DNA of 64,000 nt from the NCBI GenBank assembly GCA_030637655.1, contig DAOWGI010000027.1, positions 32,001 through 96,000 on the forward strand, read 5' to 3'. Positions 28,387 to 38,248 of this stretch are shown here, one piece after another. The DNA comes from a candidate division FCPU426 bacterium (GTDB lineage: Bacteria; Oederibacteriota; JAAXVQ01; JAUVAV01). The position numbers and the translations under genes are program-made. How positions within the stretch are numbered: the stretch's first letter is position 1; every line of letters begins with the position of its first letter. The notes under the pieces were generated by a model that was not told the DNA's origin, made no database searches, and saw only the letters and a list, made by a program, of their open reading frames with translations.

Positions 28387-28935
28387 CTACCTGGATTTAT
28401 ATTCCTGTTTTGTAAACAAACCATTGAAAATCAAGTATATTATTGCCAAAGCAGACAGTGCCAGTAAAAACCACTTTGTTGCTGATGCAATTGATGCCAA
28501 CAATAAAAGATTGGCATCAGGAATCCAACCCGCAGAGAGCATTATAATATGTAAGCTGTTTTCAATGTAATCAAAGGGGATTGCCAATATCGGCAGACTG
28601 CAAAGCAAAAAGTGAGTATTAGTCAGTATAGCGCCTTTTCGCAGGGCTAAAAAAGCTAAAACTCCGGCTAAAAACAGACCATAGGTTGCTGCATATATAA
28701 AATCCATCCAAATATTTTGCAAATACGATTCAATTCCATCAGAACCCCAAATGGCTATTATCTTTAATGCTCTGGTTACTTTAAAGGACAATTGTAATTC
28801 CGGGAGGTATTTGCTCACTTGTGGCAATTGACTGAACTGCATGGTACAGAACATGCCTATCATGGCAAGTCCGGAAACAAGAATAATTGGGAGGCGGGAA
28901 ATTTTTTTATATATATATTGAAGAAACTGGTACAT
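28387..28935 (-). CDS. Hypothetical 4-TM membrane protein
   Basis: Hydrophobic segments; DFIY...FDYIEN...ATKW pattern; AGGGGG RBS. Confidence 0.75.
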   Translation of the reverse strand: MYQFLQYIYKKISRLPIILVSGLAMIGMFCTMQFSQLPQVSKYLPELQLSFKVTRALKIIAIWGSDGIESYLQNIWMDFIYAATYGLFLAGVLAFLALRKGAILTNTHFLLCSLPILAIPFDYIENSLHIIMLSAGWIPDANLLLLASIASATKWFLLALSALAIIYLIFNGLFTKQEYKSR

Positions 28936-28988
28936 ATTTCCCCCCTAAAATATGTGATCAGGCTGAAAATCCAAATCTTTGGTGATTG

Positions 28989-29753
28989 CTACTCATCTTC
29001 CCAAATCTCAGAAGATCGTACCCAACCTTTATAACCCTCTTGCGCTAACCCGATCGCTTTCCACTCTTTTTCATAACCTAATACCAGGACCTCGCGTCCT
29101 TCGGGTACGGTAAATCCAACCTGATTCTCTTCGCCTGGTCCATTGCGTGCTTCAGCTTGATTCACGACTATAACCCCCCAGCGCACATTACGCTCTTTTA
29201 CTATACGCAGGCAGGCCCAAGTCGCCAGCAGCAAAAAAACAACGCCAATTATACTTCCGGTCCATCGCCAAAAAAATCCTTTGCCGCGCTGCCAAATAAA
29301 CATTGCTATACTGCTACAAAAAATAATATATGTAACCAGTGCCAAGAGTGCCAAGGTCTGCCCGGAAAACCGCTGCATAAGCGCTTGGAAAAGTTTGGTC
29401 AGAACACCGGTTTTATCTTCCGGTCGTGGTACCATGCTCCTGGCGTACTTTAAATTATACTGGATATCCGCATCGCCAGGTGCCCGTTTTTGTGCTTGAC
29501 GATAATAAGCAATCGCTTTTCCAATATGTCCGTATTTAAATTCCGTGTTACCTAAATTATAATACAATTGAGAACTTTCCAAACCCTGTTTTTTCAACTC
29601 CAGATATTTCTTAAGGGCTTGAGTATATTCCCCTTGATCATACGCTATTCTGGCTTCTTCCGCTTTTTGCTCAAAAACACCCTGTACTTCCTGCGCCCGG
29701 CTCCAGGAGGTCATGTTTACTATAACGATAAGAAGGAAAAAAACTCTTTTCAT
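28989..29753 (-). CDS. BatE-like TPR + TM + SH3 protein
   Basis: LYYNLGN...GKAIAYY TPR; two TM helices; C-terminal ARNGPG...GWV; last gene of the Bat operon. Confidence 0.85.
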   Translation of the reverse strand: MKRVFFLLIVIVNMTSWSRAQEVQGVFEQKAEEARIAYDQGEYTQALKKYLELKKQGLESSQLYYNLGNTEFKYGHIGKAIAYYRQAQKRAPGDADIQYNLKYARSMVPRPEDKTGVLTKLFQALMQRFSGQTLALLALVTYIIFCSSIAMFIWQRGKGFFWRWTGSIIGVVFLLLATWACLRIVKERNVRWGVIVVNQAEARNGPGEENQVGFTVPEGREVLVLGYEKEWKAIGLAQEGYKGWVRSSEIWEDE

Positions 29754-29795
29754 GCGCTTGCTCCTTGCCAAACAGTCATTACCTGTTTGGCAGCT

Positions 29796-31679
29796 CTATT
29801 TACTTAAAATCCGGCCCAATTGCGTTAATAATTCTATAGCCTTTTGTTCATCCGCGGCCATGGCTGCGGATTCGCGTTCACTGGGCGCAAACCGGGCAAA
29901 ATCGGTTTCATCAAACAATTCCGACAGTTCGGTTATTAGTTGTTCCTTGGCTCCGCGCTTATGCAATTGCCACAGAATTTCTCTCTGGGTAATACCACTG
30001 CGGGAGGCTCCCATCTCATCAGCCAGGTAACCTATTAAAGCTTGCGCCAAGGCTGCATAGAATTCCTTGGCATCGTGCCGCAAACGCGCGCTGCTGGCCT
30101 GTTTTAAGGCCCTTTGCGCGCTGCGACCGGCAGTTATTTTTCGGGCATACCGGGGATCTGCTGCCAAGCGATCGCGCTGTTTTTGCCAGGCCCGGAAACC
30201 CAATAATCCCAGCGGAGGAAATAAAAAACCCGCGATCCAAAATAGCGGAGGCAAAGGCGGTGCTTCGGGATGCAGAGGAATTTCGGTTTTCAGATAACGG
30301 ATATCCTGGGCAATAATTTTAACACCCGCTCCTGTAGTCTGCGGTAGAGTGCCAACTACCGGAACCAGCGTAGGCACTTCCCCGGGCAATACTTTCAAAT
30401 GCAGACTGGGCACTTTGACCTGTTCAAATTTTTTCCGGCGCGGATTGAAATAACTGTACGTTATCGGTGGAATGGATAATGTTCCAGTGACTTCCGGGCG
30501 CAGCAAGGTGCGATATATCTTCACCCCTTGAATAGTATCCGCTTTTTTTTGTACTTCAGACGAGGAAATCGTCTCATACACTTTAAATCCGGTAAGCGGC
30601 GGCAACCGCGGTTTGCCCACGGATTTCACATTACCTTGACCAAAAATACGCACTTCTAAGGTAACCGCCTCTCCCACCTTGGCTTCTGTGCGGTCCAGGC
30701 CGGCTGACAGGGACCACTTGCCCACGGTTCCGGTAAAATCCCGGGGCCGTTTTGTGGCTGGTACTGGTTGTACCTGCATGGTAATCGGTTTGGATTGCAG
30801 GTTAACCCGTTGTCCGGTAGAAAAAAAGTTTCTAAAAAAACTATCGGAAAAAGGATCCCGTATCTTGCGCTGAAAATCCTGGATATGCACAGTCAGCTCT
30901 GCCGGTCCAATAGTTAGCTTCCCAGATGTGGTCGGAAACAAGACCTGGCGAATCTCAATTACTTTATATTCCCTTCCCTCAATATGCGTCATGTATTCCC
31001 GTTGGGGTGGTAAATCTTCCGCCCAAAAACCACTGGTGTCCGGTGCTGTATACTGAGGTTGTGATAATGCCGGGATGCGTGAGTACCAGCGAAATGTCAG
31101 AATCACCGGTTCATTGACATACACCGAACGTCTATCCACGGTTGTGGTCACAAAAATCGCTTTGTTTTCTTTTTGCGCCGCATCGCCAGGTGGTCCTGCT
31201 TGAGGTCGCGAGCGCGCCTGAGGCTGTGAGCGCTGTACACTTCCGGGACGACCGGGTGGGGTGAAGCCTTGCGCTGCCCCGGTAACAGTCATCTGTATGG
31301 GCTGGGTGGAATAGGTCTTGCCTTTGTACTCAATACTAATCGGTCCAAGCGTAAATTGACCGGCACGCTTGGGAACCATGACATACGTAAATTGCAGTGT
31401 TGACGACACTTGGCCGTTAATAAAAGAAAAATTCGAGGAACGTCCTCCCCCGTACACTTGAAAATCCGGTAAATCCGGAAGCTGGGGCACGTTGCGTAGA
31501 TTCGCTTTACCCTCGATAGCTACAACCAGTTGTATATGCCGGCCAACACTTGCTTGCTTGGGCTTTACCACCGCTTTGATGGAAATATCCTGCGCGGATG
31601 TCAAGAGCGGCTGATTAAACAGCAACACAGCCAGTCCTATACTAATTTTCAATAGAGATTCCCAAAACAAATGCCTCAT
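29796..31679 (-). CDS. batD: BatD-family protein
   Basis: SSNFSFING, GFWAEDL, FTGTVG, DFARFAP; operon context. Confidence 0.88.
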   Translation of the reverse strand: MRHLFWESLLKISIGLAVLLFNQPLLTSAQDISIKAVVKPKQASVGRHIQLVVAIEGKANLRNVPQLPDLPDFQVYGGGRSSNFSFINGQVSSTLQFTYVMVPKRAGQFTLGPISIEYKGKTYSTQPIQMTVTGAAQGFTPPGRPGSVQRSQPQARSRPQAGPPGDAAQKENKAIFVTTTVDRRSVYVNEPVILTFRWYSRIPALSQPQYTAPDTSGFWAEDLPPQREYMTHIEGREYKVIEIRQVLFPTTSGKLTIGPAELTVHIQDFQRKIRDPFSDSFFRNFFSTGQRVNLQSKPITMQVQPVPATKRPRDFTGTVGKWSLSAGLDRTEAKVGEAVTLEVRIFGQGNVKSVGKPRLPPLTGFKVYETISSSEVQKKADTIQGVKIYRTLLRPEVTGTLSIPPITYSYFNPRRKKFEQVKVPSLHLKVLPGEVPTLVPVVGTLPQTTGAGVKIIAQDIRYLKTEIPLHPEAPPLPPLFWIAGFLFPPLGLLGFRAWQKQRDRLAADPRYARKITAGRSAQRALKQASSARLRHDAKEFYAALAQALIGYLADEMGASRSGITQREILWQLHKRGAKEQLITELSELFDETDFARFAPSERESAAMAADEQKAIELLTQLGRILSK

Positions 31680-31706
31680 CGTATCAAGTGCTCGCTTCTG
31701 GTTATA

Positions 31707-33485
31707 TTACCAAGTGGCTTTTCTTCGACCCTCTGGTTGTTGCTGTCGCTTCTGCATGCGTTTTCGGTGCGCGTCTTTTTCCGCCTCGCGCACCGCGTCG
31801 AGTATTGTTTCCGCTTCTTCCGGCCGCATCTCTCCCGGCCGGGGTTTTTTTGGCTCTTTCTCCTCCGGTGTGTTCTGCTCTTGTCCGGAATCCGCTTTTT
31901 GCTCGCCTTTATCATCCGCTTGGTCCGGCTCTGATTCGTCTTTGGACTTGCGCGGATCCTGATCCTTTAGATCCTGCTCTTTTTTCCGCCCACCAGCTGA
32001 TTGCTGCTGCTGATTTTTCTGATCCTGCTTATCATCTTTGTTCTGTTGCTCTTGTTGCGACGACGGATTTTTCAGCATTTGAATCGTCTGAGCTAAATTA
32101 TAAATCGTATCCTCATCCTGGGGAGCTAATTTTAAAGCTTCCCGGTAATGTTTGGCTGCTTCCTGATATTTTTGGGAGGCAAAATACGTATTTCCCAGGT
32201 TGTACAAAATTTCAGCGCGCATTTTTTCATGCTTACTCTTTAATGCCCGTTGATACGATTTTTCCGCCTCGTCAAAGCGTTCTTGCTGATGCAGGCTGTT
32301 TCCAATATTATAGTTCACCTTGGGCTCATCCGGACTTTTAATTTGCGCCTCCCGGTAGGCTTCCAGCGCTTCTTCGTATTTGCCTTGTTTATATTTGCGA
32401 TTTCCTTTATTAACCTCCTCGGCCGTGCCGGCCCAAGCTAATTGCGGTAATAATAGCATAACCAGAAATATAGTTAACCAGGAACCTTTCCGTTTTGGTA
32501 ACCAAAAAGCAAAAAGCAATAATAATAACGCGGGCAAAAGTACATATTGATAGCGATTCTCGTTTGCTCCGTATTGTCCGCCGGTCACCTCCCGTTTTCG
32601 CATTTGCGCTATAAGATCCACAATTTGTTTGGCTTCTAAGCTGCCGTGATGCGCCGGTAAGTATACACCCCCTGTCATATCCGTGATTTTTTTTAAAGTT
32701 GCTTCATCCAATCGGGACATCACAGTTTTTCCATTTTTATCTTTAACATAATCGACGATCTCACCTTTGGCATTACGAATCGGTATGGGCTCCCCGCCGG
32801 GAGATCCGAAACCAATACTGAGTATTTTCACTCCCGCGGCTTTAGCTTCTTGGGCAGCTTCTATGACTTTCGAATCATGATCCTCTCCATCGGTTAGCAA
32901 AACCAAAACACGGTAGCCTTCTGATCCCTCAGGAAAAATTTCCAAGCCGGCCCTAATGGCGGTCCCCAATTCGGTCCCAGCCACAGACACGGATTGGGGA
33001 GATAAATAGTTTAAAAACATCTTGGCCGCAACATAATCCGTAGTCAGAGGACAGGCCACCTGAGCGGAGCCGGCAAAAGCAATGATTCCGACCCGATCCC
33101 CGCCCAAATGATCAATAAACGCTCCCAGTTCTTGCTGCGCGCGTTCCAGGCGATTGGGACGAACATCTTCAGCCAACATGGATTGTGAGACATCCAAGAT
33201 AATAATGACATCCACACCTTGCCGTAGCACTTCCACCATTTTCACCCCATATTGTGGTCCTGCCAATGATAACCCGAGCAGAAATAACCCCGCCAAGAGT
33301 GCCAGCCCTTTTAGAACCCGGCGAGTATTGGACAGGTCTTGTATCAATTGGTCCACCAAAGACTGATTTCCAAAAACCCGCAGATCGCGTTGGCGTTGCC
33401 AGCGCGCCCACAGGGCAATGATTACCAGAGCGGGCAGCAGAATTCCCAACACCAGGTAAAAAATAACCGGGTAAACAAATTGCAT
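31707..33485 (-). CDS. BatB-BatC fusion (VWA + TPR + Q/K/D-rich tail)
   Basis: MIDAS DVSQSM, PNRLERA, PLTTDY, LTDGED; TPRs (YNIGN, YNLGN); C-terminal EAETILDAV...W. Confidence 0.88.
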   Translation of the reverse strand: MQFVYPVIFYLVLGILLPALVIIALWARWQRQRDLRVFGNQSLVDQLIQDLSNTRRVLKGLALLAGLFLLGLSLAGPQYGVKMVEVLRQGVDVIIILDVSQSMLAEDVRPNRLERAQQELGAFIDHLGGDRVGIIAFAGSAQVACPLTTDYVAAKMFLNYLSPQSVSVAGTELGTAIRAGLEIFPEGSEGYRVLVLLTDGEDHDSKVIEAAQEAKAAGVKILSIGFGSPGGEPIPIRNAKGEIVDYVKDKNGKTVMSRLDEATLKKITDMTGGVYLPAHHGSLEAKQIVDLIAQMRKREVTGGQYGANENRYQYVLLPALLLLLFAFWLPKRKGSWLTIFLVMLLLPQLAWAGTAEEVNKGNRKYKQGKYEEALEAYREAQIKSPDEPKVNYNIGNSLHQQERFDEAEKSYQRALKSKHEKMRAEILYNLGNTYFASQKYQEAAKHYREALKLAPQDEDTIYNLAQTIQMLKNPSSQQEQQNKDDKQDQKNQQQQSAGGRKKEQDLKDQDPRKSKDESEPDQADDKGEQKADSGQEQNTPEEKEPKKPRPGEMRPEEAETILDAVREAEKDAHRKRMQKRQQQPEGRRKATW

Positions 33486-33543
33486 ACTTAAATCATCCTC
33501 TCTGAGAATAGAACAAAAGAGCAATAGAAAAAGCTCAATTGCG

Positions 33544-33743
33544 GTAACATGTCAGTCATGCGTTTTTTTGTTTATCATCCATGAATGCAACCCCACCCTG
33601 TCATCCCCGAATGCTCTTATCGGGGATATGGTTTAAAAAACCAGATTCCTGCCGAATGCGTCCCTATATATCTTTTCCGGTCGGGGCCGATTAAACCCTC
33701 GGGAATGACAACCTTTGTTAACCGCAATTCGCTGACATGTTAC
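33544..33743. mobile_element. IS66-type MITE with GTCATCCCCG REP-like cargo
   Basis: TIRs gtaacatgtcag / ctgacatgttac; inverted homolog of 38083-38248; abuts an IS5-type end at 33746-33761. Confidence 0.8.
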
Positions 33744-33745
33744 TA

Positions 33746-33765
33746 CTAAATGCTCAAGCTCCTAG
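33746..33765. repeat. IS5-type MITE end plus CTAG target coinciding with the batA stop codon
   Basis: ctaaatgctcaagctc|ctag matches the TIR at 36051-36066. Confidence 0.7.
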
Positions 33766-34751
33766 GGAATACGTCGAAAAACGGTTTGCTGTAACAAGGC
33801 GCCCAGCACCAATAATAAAAATCCCGCAGCCAACCAGCCGAAATACAGATCCCGATAGCTGGTGAATTCCACAATCTTGTATTCGCTTTTTTCCATGCGA
33901 TTGATTTTTTCGAATATTTTTGCCAAGCCTTTGGGGTCTTTGGCGCGAAAATACCTGCCATTGGCCGCATTGGCCACCCGTCTCAGGGTCTCTTCATCCA
34001 GGTCATTTTTCATGGGTACCATACGTGTTCCGTACACTGGATGCTGCATAGGCATCAAACCACCTTCCAACGACCCTGCGCCTACAGCATATATCTTAAT
34101 CCCCAGTGCGGCCGCAGCCTTGGCGGCTGTCACCGGATCAATCTGACCCATATTGTTTCGTCCATCGGTCAGAAGCAGGATAACCCGGCTGGCAGCTTTG
34201 GATTCACGCAAGCGATCCGCGGCTGTCGCAATGGCCATACCAATCGCCGTGCCATCCACTTCAGTCATATCAATTGCAACATGCTTCATATATTCCAGCA
34301 AGGCTCTTTTATCCGAGGTCAAAGGGCTCACAGTCATGGAGGTCCCTCCAAAAACAACTAAACCTATTCTGTCTCGTACACGACTTTCGATAAATTTGAG
34401 CGCCACTTCTTTGGCCGCGCCTAAACGATTCTGGGGTTTAAAATCCACGGACCGCATGGAACCTGAAGTATCCAGACACAGAATAATATCCACACCTTTG
34501 CCTGAAATTTGTTCGGTCTTAAGCCCAAACTGGGGACGAGCCATAGCCGTTACCGTTAAACATAAACCAATAACCGTAAGCAGCCCTATGATCTCATCCG
34601 GACCCAGCCTGGTTTGGGAAACGCTCTTTTCAATACCAGTCAATTCAGGGAAGCGAATCCCGTTCGGTTTGCGTGCCCGCAACCACCACAATACTGCTAA
34701 TCCGGCAATTGGAAGCAGAAGTAAAAACCACCAGGGATTCGCGAACTTCAT
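33762..34751 (-). CDS. batA: BatA VWA-domain protein
   Basis: MKFANPW, ARPQ, DTSGSM, DRIGLVVF, GTAIG, LLTDGRNN. Confidence 0.92.
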   Translation of the reverse strand: MKFANPWWFLLLLPIAGLAVLWWLRARKPNGIRFPELTGIEKSVSQTRLGPDEIIGLLTVIGLCLTVTAMARPQFGLKTEQISGKGVDIILCLDTSGSMRSVDFKPQNRLGAAKEVALKFIESRVRDRIGLVVFGGTSMTVSPLTSDKRALLEYMKHVAIDMTEVDGTAIGMAIATAADRLRESKAASRVILLLTDGRNNMGQIDPVTAAKAAAALGIKIYAVGAGSLEGGLMPMQHPVYGTRMVPMKNDLDEETLRRVANAANGRYFRAKDPKGLAKIFEKINRMEKSEYKIVEFTSYRDLYFGWLAAGFLLLVLGALLQQTVFRRIP

Positions 34752-35776
34752 GGCTTCTGTTTCTCCTCTTGCTCCTGTTGTTGTGTTTCCTGCATTATCC
34801 GCGTAGTATGCTCCACGGCTTCGTAGATTTGTATCCAATCCGCTTGCGCTTCTTTTTCCATTGGCTGAAATTTAGCAAACTTGACCATATCACTTTGTTC
34901 CAATACATTACGAATCGCATTCACATCCTGGCGGGGGATGGCTGTTCCTTTGATTTCCCGCAGCAACTCATGTGTCGTGCGATCAATGGCCGGAATACGG
35001 AACTGGTTTTCAATGTAATGTCGTGCTATCCCTGACAGTTCACTATAATACTTCTTCCATTGCCCCTTTAAAATAAGCGTTGAGTTTCGCAAAGCCAGCA
35101 AGCGTTCTTTGGCAATTTCATCGGCCGGCCGGGTCGGCGCTGCCGACGCTTCGGTCTGTTGCCTTAGCTTACGATATCGGTCAAACCAAAACAGCGCCGC
35201 GGCAAGCACACCTGCTGCCAACAACACACTGCCCAGCAACCACCAGGACGTCATTCCTCGCGGATCCTTAAGACCGCGTATTTTTCCCGGTTCATCATTC
35301 TCTCGTGGCAACAGGTGCTTTACTTTAATTATTATCGGCGCAGAATGAAATTCCGAAGCTTTTCCATCCGGGCCGGAAAACTTTTGGATCAAAGCGGGTA
35401 TCTGCACTTCTCCTGACACAAAGGTTTGCAGAGTTAAAATATCTTTACGCACAAATTGCCCGTTCACATAGTCGGGTTTGCCAAGTTGGGCATACACCAC
35501 TTCCCAATCATTTAGTGTTTCCGGATACTCCATTTTTTCCAGCGTGATCGAGGGTTGCGCTTCAACCAAAACCTCCACGAGCACACGATCCCCTATTTTG
35601 GGATTTTCGGTCATGGGTGTAAGTGTAATACGCATTGGACCCTGAATGTCCGGACAACGCCTGGCAGTCACTGTGGCGCTGATTGCGTCAGCTGCTCCGC
35701 GCTCTATTTTCACGGCTGAACCAGAACCCGGCAGCCCTAACACTATGGCAATAAATAACAGCACTATTTTTTTCAT
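34748..35776 (-). CDS. Bat-operon membrane protein (DUF4381/BatD-like)
   Basis: Signal peptide, one TM helix, YYSELSGIARHYIE...TTHELL...DMVKFAK. Confidence 0.8.
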   Translation of the reverse strand: MKKIVLLFIAIVLGLPGSGSAVKIERGAADAISATVTARRCPDIQGPMRITLTPMTENPKIGDRVLVEVLVEAQPSITLEKMEYPETLNDWEVVYAQLGKPDYVNGQFVRKDILTLQTFVSGEVQIPALIQKFSGPDGKASEFHSAPIIIKVKHLLPRENDEPGKIRGLKDPRGMTSWWLLGSVLLAAGVLAAALFWFDRYRKLRQQTEASAAPTRPADEIAKERLLALRNSTLILKGQWKKYYSELSGIARHYIENQFRIPAIDRTTHELLREIKGTAIPRQDVNAIRNVLEQSDMVKFAKFQPMEKEAQADWIQIYEAVEHTTRIMQETQQQEQEEKQKP

Positions 35777-35838
35777 GTTCTTATCTTCATTTCGTTCCTG
35801 GTTTCTTCGCTTCAATCTCCGGGCTGAGTACTTCCTAG

Positions 35839-36066
35839 GAGTTTGAGCATTTAGTCTGTTTTTTGGTAACAGGTCAGTCATGCGTTTTTTTGTTTGTCAT
35901 CCCCGAATGCAGCCCCCACCCTGTCATCCCCGAATGCTTGTATCGGGGATACGGTTTTAAAAAACCAGATTCCTGCCGAATGCGTCCCTATATATCTTTT
36001 CCGGTCGGGGCCGATTAAACCGTTCGGGAATGACAACCTAAAAAAACCGCCTAAATGCTCAAACTC
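35839..36066. mobile_element. IS5-type MITE containing a partial IS66-type MITE
   Basis: Perfect 16-bp TIR GAGTTTGAGCATTTAG; flanks CTAG / CTAA (YTAR); internal gtaacaggtcagtcatgcg... from 35866 is homologous to 33544. Confidence 0.85.
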
Positions 36067-36945
36067 CTAATGGAACCGTTTGGCACGCATGCGAAAGAAC
36101 TTAACTAATGGTCCAATATATGACCGATCGGTCTGCAATTCAATTCCATCCATATTTATTTTTCGGAACAGATCACGTCGCGCTTCCCGCTGATCCCGGT
36201 TATATTGAGCATAGGCTTTTCGAACTGCCGCCGAACCGGTCGGCACCAAACGACTGGTTCCCCGTTCCGAATCCTCCATAACCACATACGGAATGTTTGG
36301 CAAGGTCTCTTCCCGCGGATCACGTATTTCTATGGCAATCACATCATGCCTGCGGTTGGTCACAGCCAACGCGCGTTCATAGCCGTGGACATGGAAATCG
36401 GAAATTAAGAAAACAATGCAGCGCCGCTTTAAAACCTCATTTAAATACTCCAGAACGGGATTGAAATCCGTGCCGTGACCTTCGGGTTGCGCGTATAGCA
36501 CATCCCGCAAAATTCTGGATAGATGCGAGCCGCCCTTGGCCGGCGGAATAAATTTTTCAATTTGATCAGTAAACAACAATGCGCCTACGCGATCATTGTT
36601 TTTAATGGCCGTATAACTGAGCACTGCCGCGATCTCTGCTGTCATTTCCGCTTTGGTTTGCGATTGCGTACCAAATCTTTGTGAGGCCGAAGCATCCACC
36701 AACAGCATAATATTAAGTTCGCGTTCCTCAGTAAATTTCTTGATGTGCGGATGTCCGGTGCGCGCGGTAACATTCCAATCAATGGCACGAATATCATCTC
36801 CGGGAAAATACTCCCGAACCTCATCAAATTCCATGCCTCGTCCTTTGAACACACTCTCATATTGACCGGCAAATATTTCGTTTACAATACGGCCGGTTCT
36901 AATTTCCAGACGCCTGATTTTGGCAATGATTTCTTTGGGTAACAT
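36067..36945 (-). CDS. DUF58 domain protein
   Basis: FKGRGMEFDEVREY, IDWNVTAR, EEREL, ISDF. Confidence 0.93.
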   Translation of the reverse strand: MLPKEIIAKIRRLEIRTGRIVNEIFAGQYESVFKGRGMEFDEVREYFPGDDIRAIDWNVTARTGHPHIKKFTEERELNIMLLVDASASQRFGTQSQTKAEMTAEIAAVLSYTAIKNNDRVGALLFTDQIEKFIPPAKGGSHLSRILRDVLYAQPEGHGTDFNPVLEYLNEVLKRRCIVFLISDFHVHGYERALAVTNRRHDVIAIEIRDPREETLPNIPYVVMEDSERGTSRLVPTGSAAVRKAYAQYNRDQREARRDLFRKINMDGIELQTDRSYIGPLVKFFRMRAKRFH

Positions 36946-36976
36946 ATCGTTATTACATTCCTTCGCAGATTGTCGT

Positions 36977-37003
36977 GTAGGGGCGAGGTTACCTCGCCCC
37001 TAC
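36977..37003. repeat. GTAG-type REP hairpin
   Basis: gtaggggcgaggt t acctcgcccctac, 2 nt after the moxR stop. Confidence 0.75.
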
Positions 37004-37005
37004 GA

Positions 37006-37995
37006 TCATGGGACTTCCACCCCGTCAAACACGGATTTTACAATATCCTCTGAGGTCAATTGCTCGGCCTCGGCTTCATAAGTCACAATGATCCGGTGTC
37101 TCAGCACATCCGGTCCAATGGTTTTGACATCTTCCGGAGTAATAAATCCACGACCGGATAAAAAGGCGTACGCCTTGGCTGCCATGGTAAGACTAATAGT
37201 TGCTCGAGGAGAAGCGCCATAGGCTATAAGTTCGCGCATATCTTTCAAGCCTGCTTGTTCCGGTTCGCGCGTGGCAAATACCAAGTCCACGATGTAGTTT
37301 TGCATTTTTTCATCAACATAAATTTGAGCGACTATTTCACGTGCTTTGAGTATTTCTTTGGTGGATATCTTGTTTTTCACTTTTGGCATCTCACCCACGG
37401 TCATACGCTTGAGTATCTCTTTTTCCTCTTCCCGGGTGGGATAACCAATTTTCAATTTCAAAAGAAAGCGATCCACCTGGGCTTCAGGCAAAGGATAGGT
37501 CCCTTGTTGTTCAATCGGATTTTGGGTGGCCATCACCAAAAACGGTTTATCCAAAGGAAAGGTTGTATCACCAATGGTGACTTGGCGTTCTTGCATGGCC
37601 TCTAACAAAGCGCTCTGCACTTTGGCCGGTGCCCGGTTGATTTCATCGGCTAGAATCAGATTGGAAAAAATCGGACCGCGCTTAACACTAAAACCAGCAC
37701 CTTTGGGATTGTAAATCATAGTTCCAATTAAATCCGCGGGTAATAAATCCGGGGTAAATTGCAAGCGCTGAAAATCAGCGTCAATGACTTCTGACAGGGT
37801 TTTAATGATCAGTGTCTTGGCCAAACCAGGAACACCTTCCAACAAAACATGTCCATCAGCCAGCAGTCCAATCAACAGGCCGTCGACCAGAGTGTGCTGC
37901 CCTACAATAACACGGCCTATTTCCTGGCGTAATTCTTCCACAAAAACGCTTTCTTTTTTGACTTTTTCGTTCAAGGCACGAATATCTTTATTCAT
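37006..37995 (-). CDS. moxR: MoxR-family AAA+ ATPase
   Basis: EGVPGLAKT, QFTPDLLPAD, ADEINRAP, ATQNPIEQ, GASPRA. Confidence 0.95.
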   Translation of the reverse strand: MNKDIRALNEKVKKESVFVEELRQEIGRVIVGQHTLVDGLLIGLLADGHVLLEGVPGLAKTLIIKTLSEVIDADFQRLQFTPDLLPADLIGTMIYNPKGAGFSVKRGPIFSNLILADEINRAPAKVQSALLEAMQERQVTIGDTTFPLDKPFLVMATQNPIEQQGTYPLPEAQVDRFLLKLKIGYPTREEEKEILKRMTVGEMPKVKNKISTKEILKAREIVAQIYVDEKMQNYIVDLVFATREPEQAGLKDMRELIAYGASPRATISLTMAAKAYAFLSGRGFITPEDVKTIGPDVLRHRIIVTYEAEAEQLTSEDIVKSVFDGVEVP

Positions 37996-38034
37996 ACTTA
38001 CTTCCCTCCCAACAATGCGATTTTTCTGTACAAT

Positions 38035-38063
38035 AACTTATTCAAAAACATAACGCTTGTCAA
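38035..38063 (-). promoter_or_regulatory. sigma70-type promoter of the moxR-bat operon
   Basis: TTGACA-N17-TAAGTT. Confidence 0.6.
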
Positions 38064-38082
38064 GTCCTGAAGCTAAAAATAA

Positions 38083-38248
38083 GTAATATGTCAGTGAAGT
38101 GCGTAGTTAAACAAAGATTGTCATTCCCGAGGGTTTAATCGGGAATCTGGTTTTTTAAACCGTATCCCCGATACAAGCATTCGGGGATGACAGGGTGGGG
38201 GCTGCCTTCACGGATGACAAACAAAAAAACGCTTCACTGACATGTTAC
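38083..38248. mobile_element. IS66-type MITE supplying the stop codon of the NlpC/P60 gene
   Basis: TIR gtaatatgtcagtgaag / cttcactgacatgttac; perfect 8-bp duplication AAAAATAA (38075-38082, 38249-38256). Confidence 0.9.
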
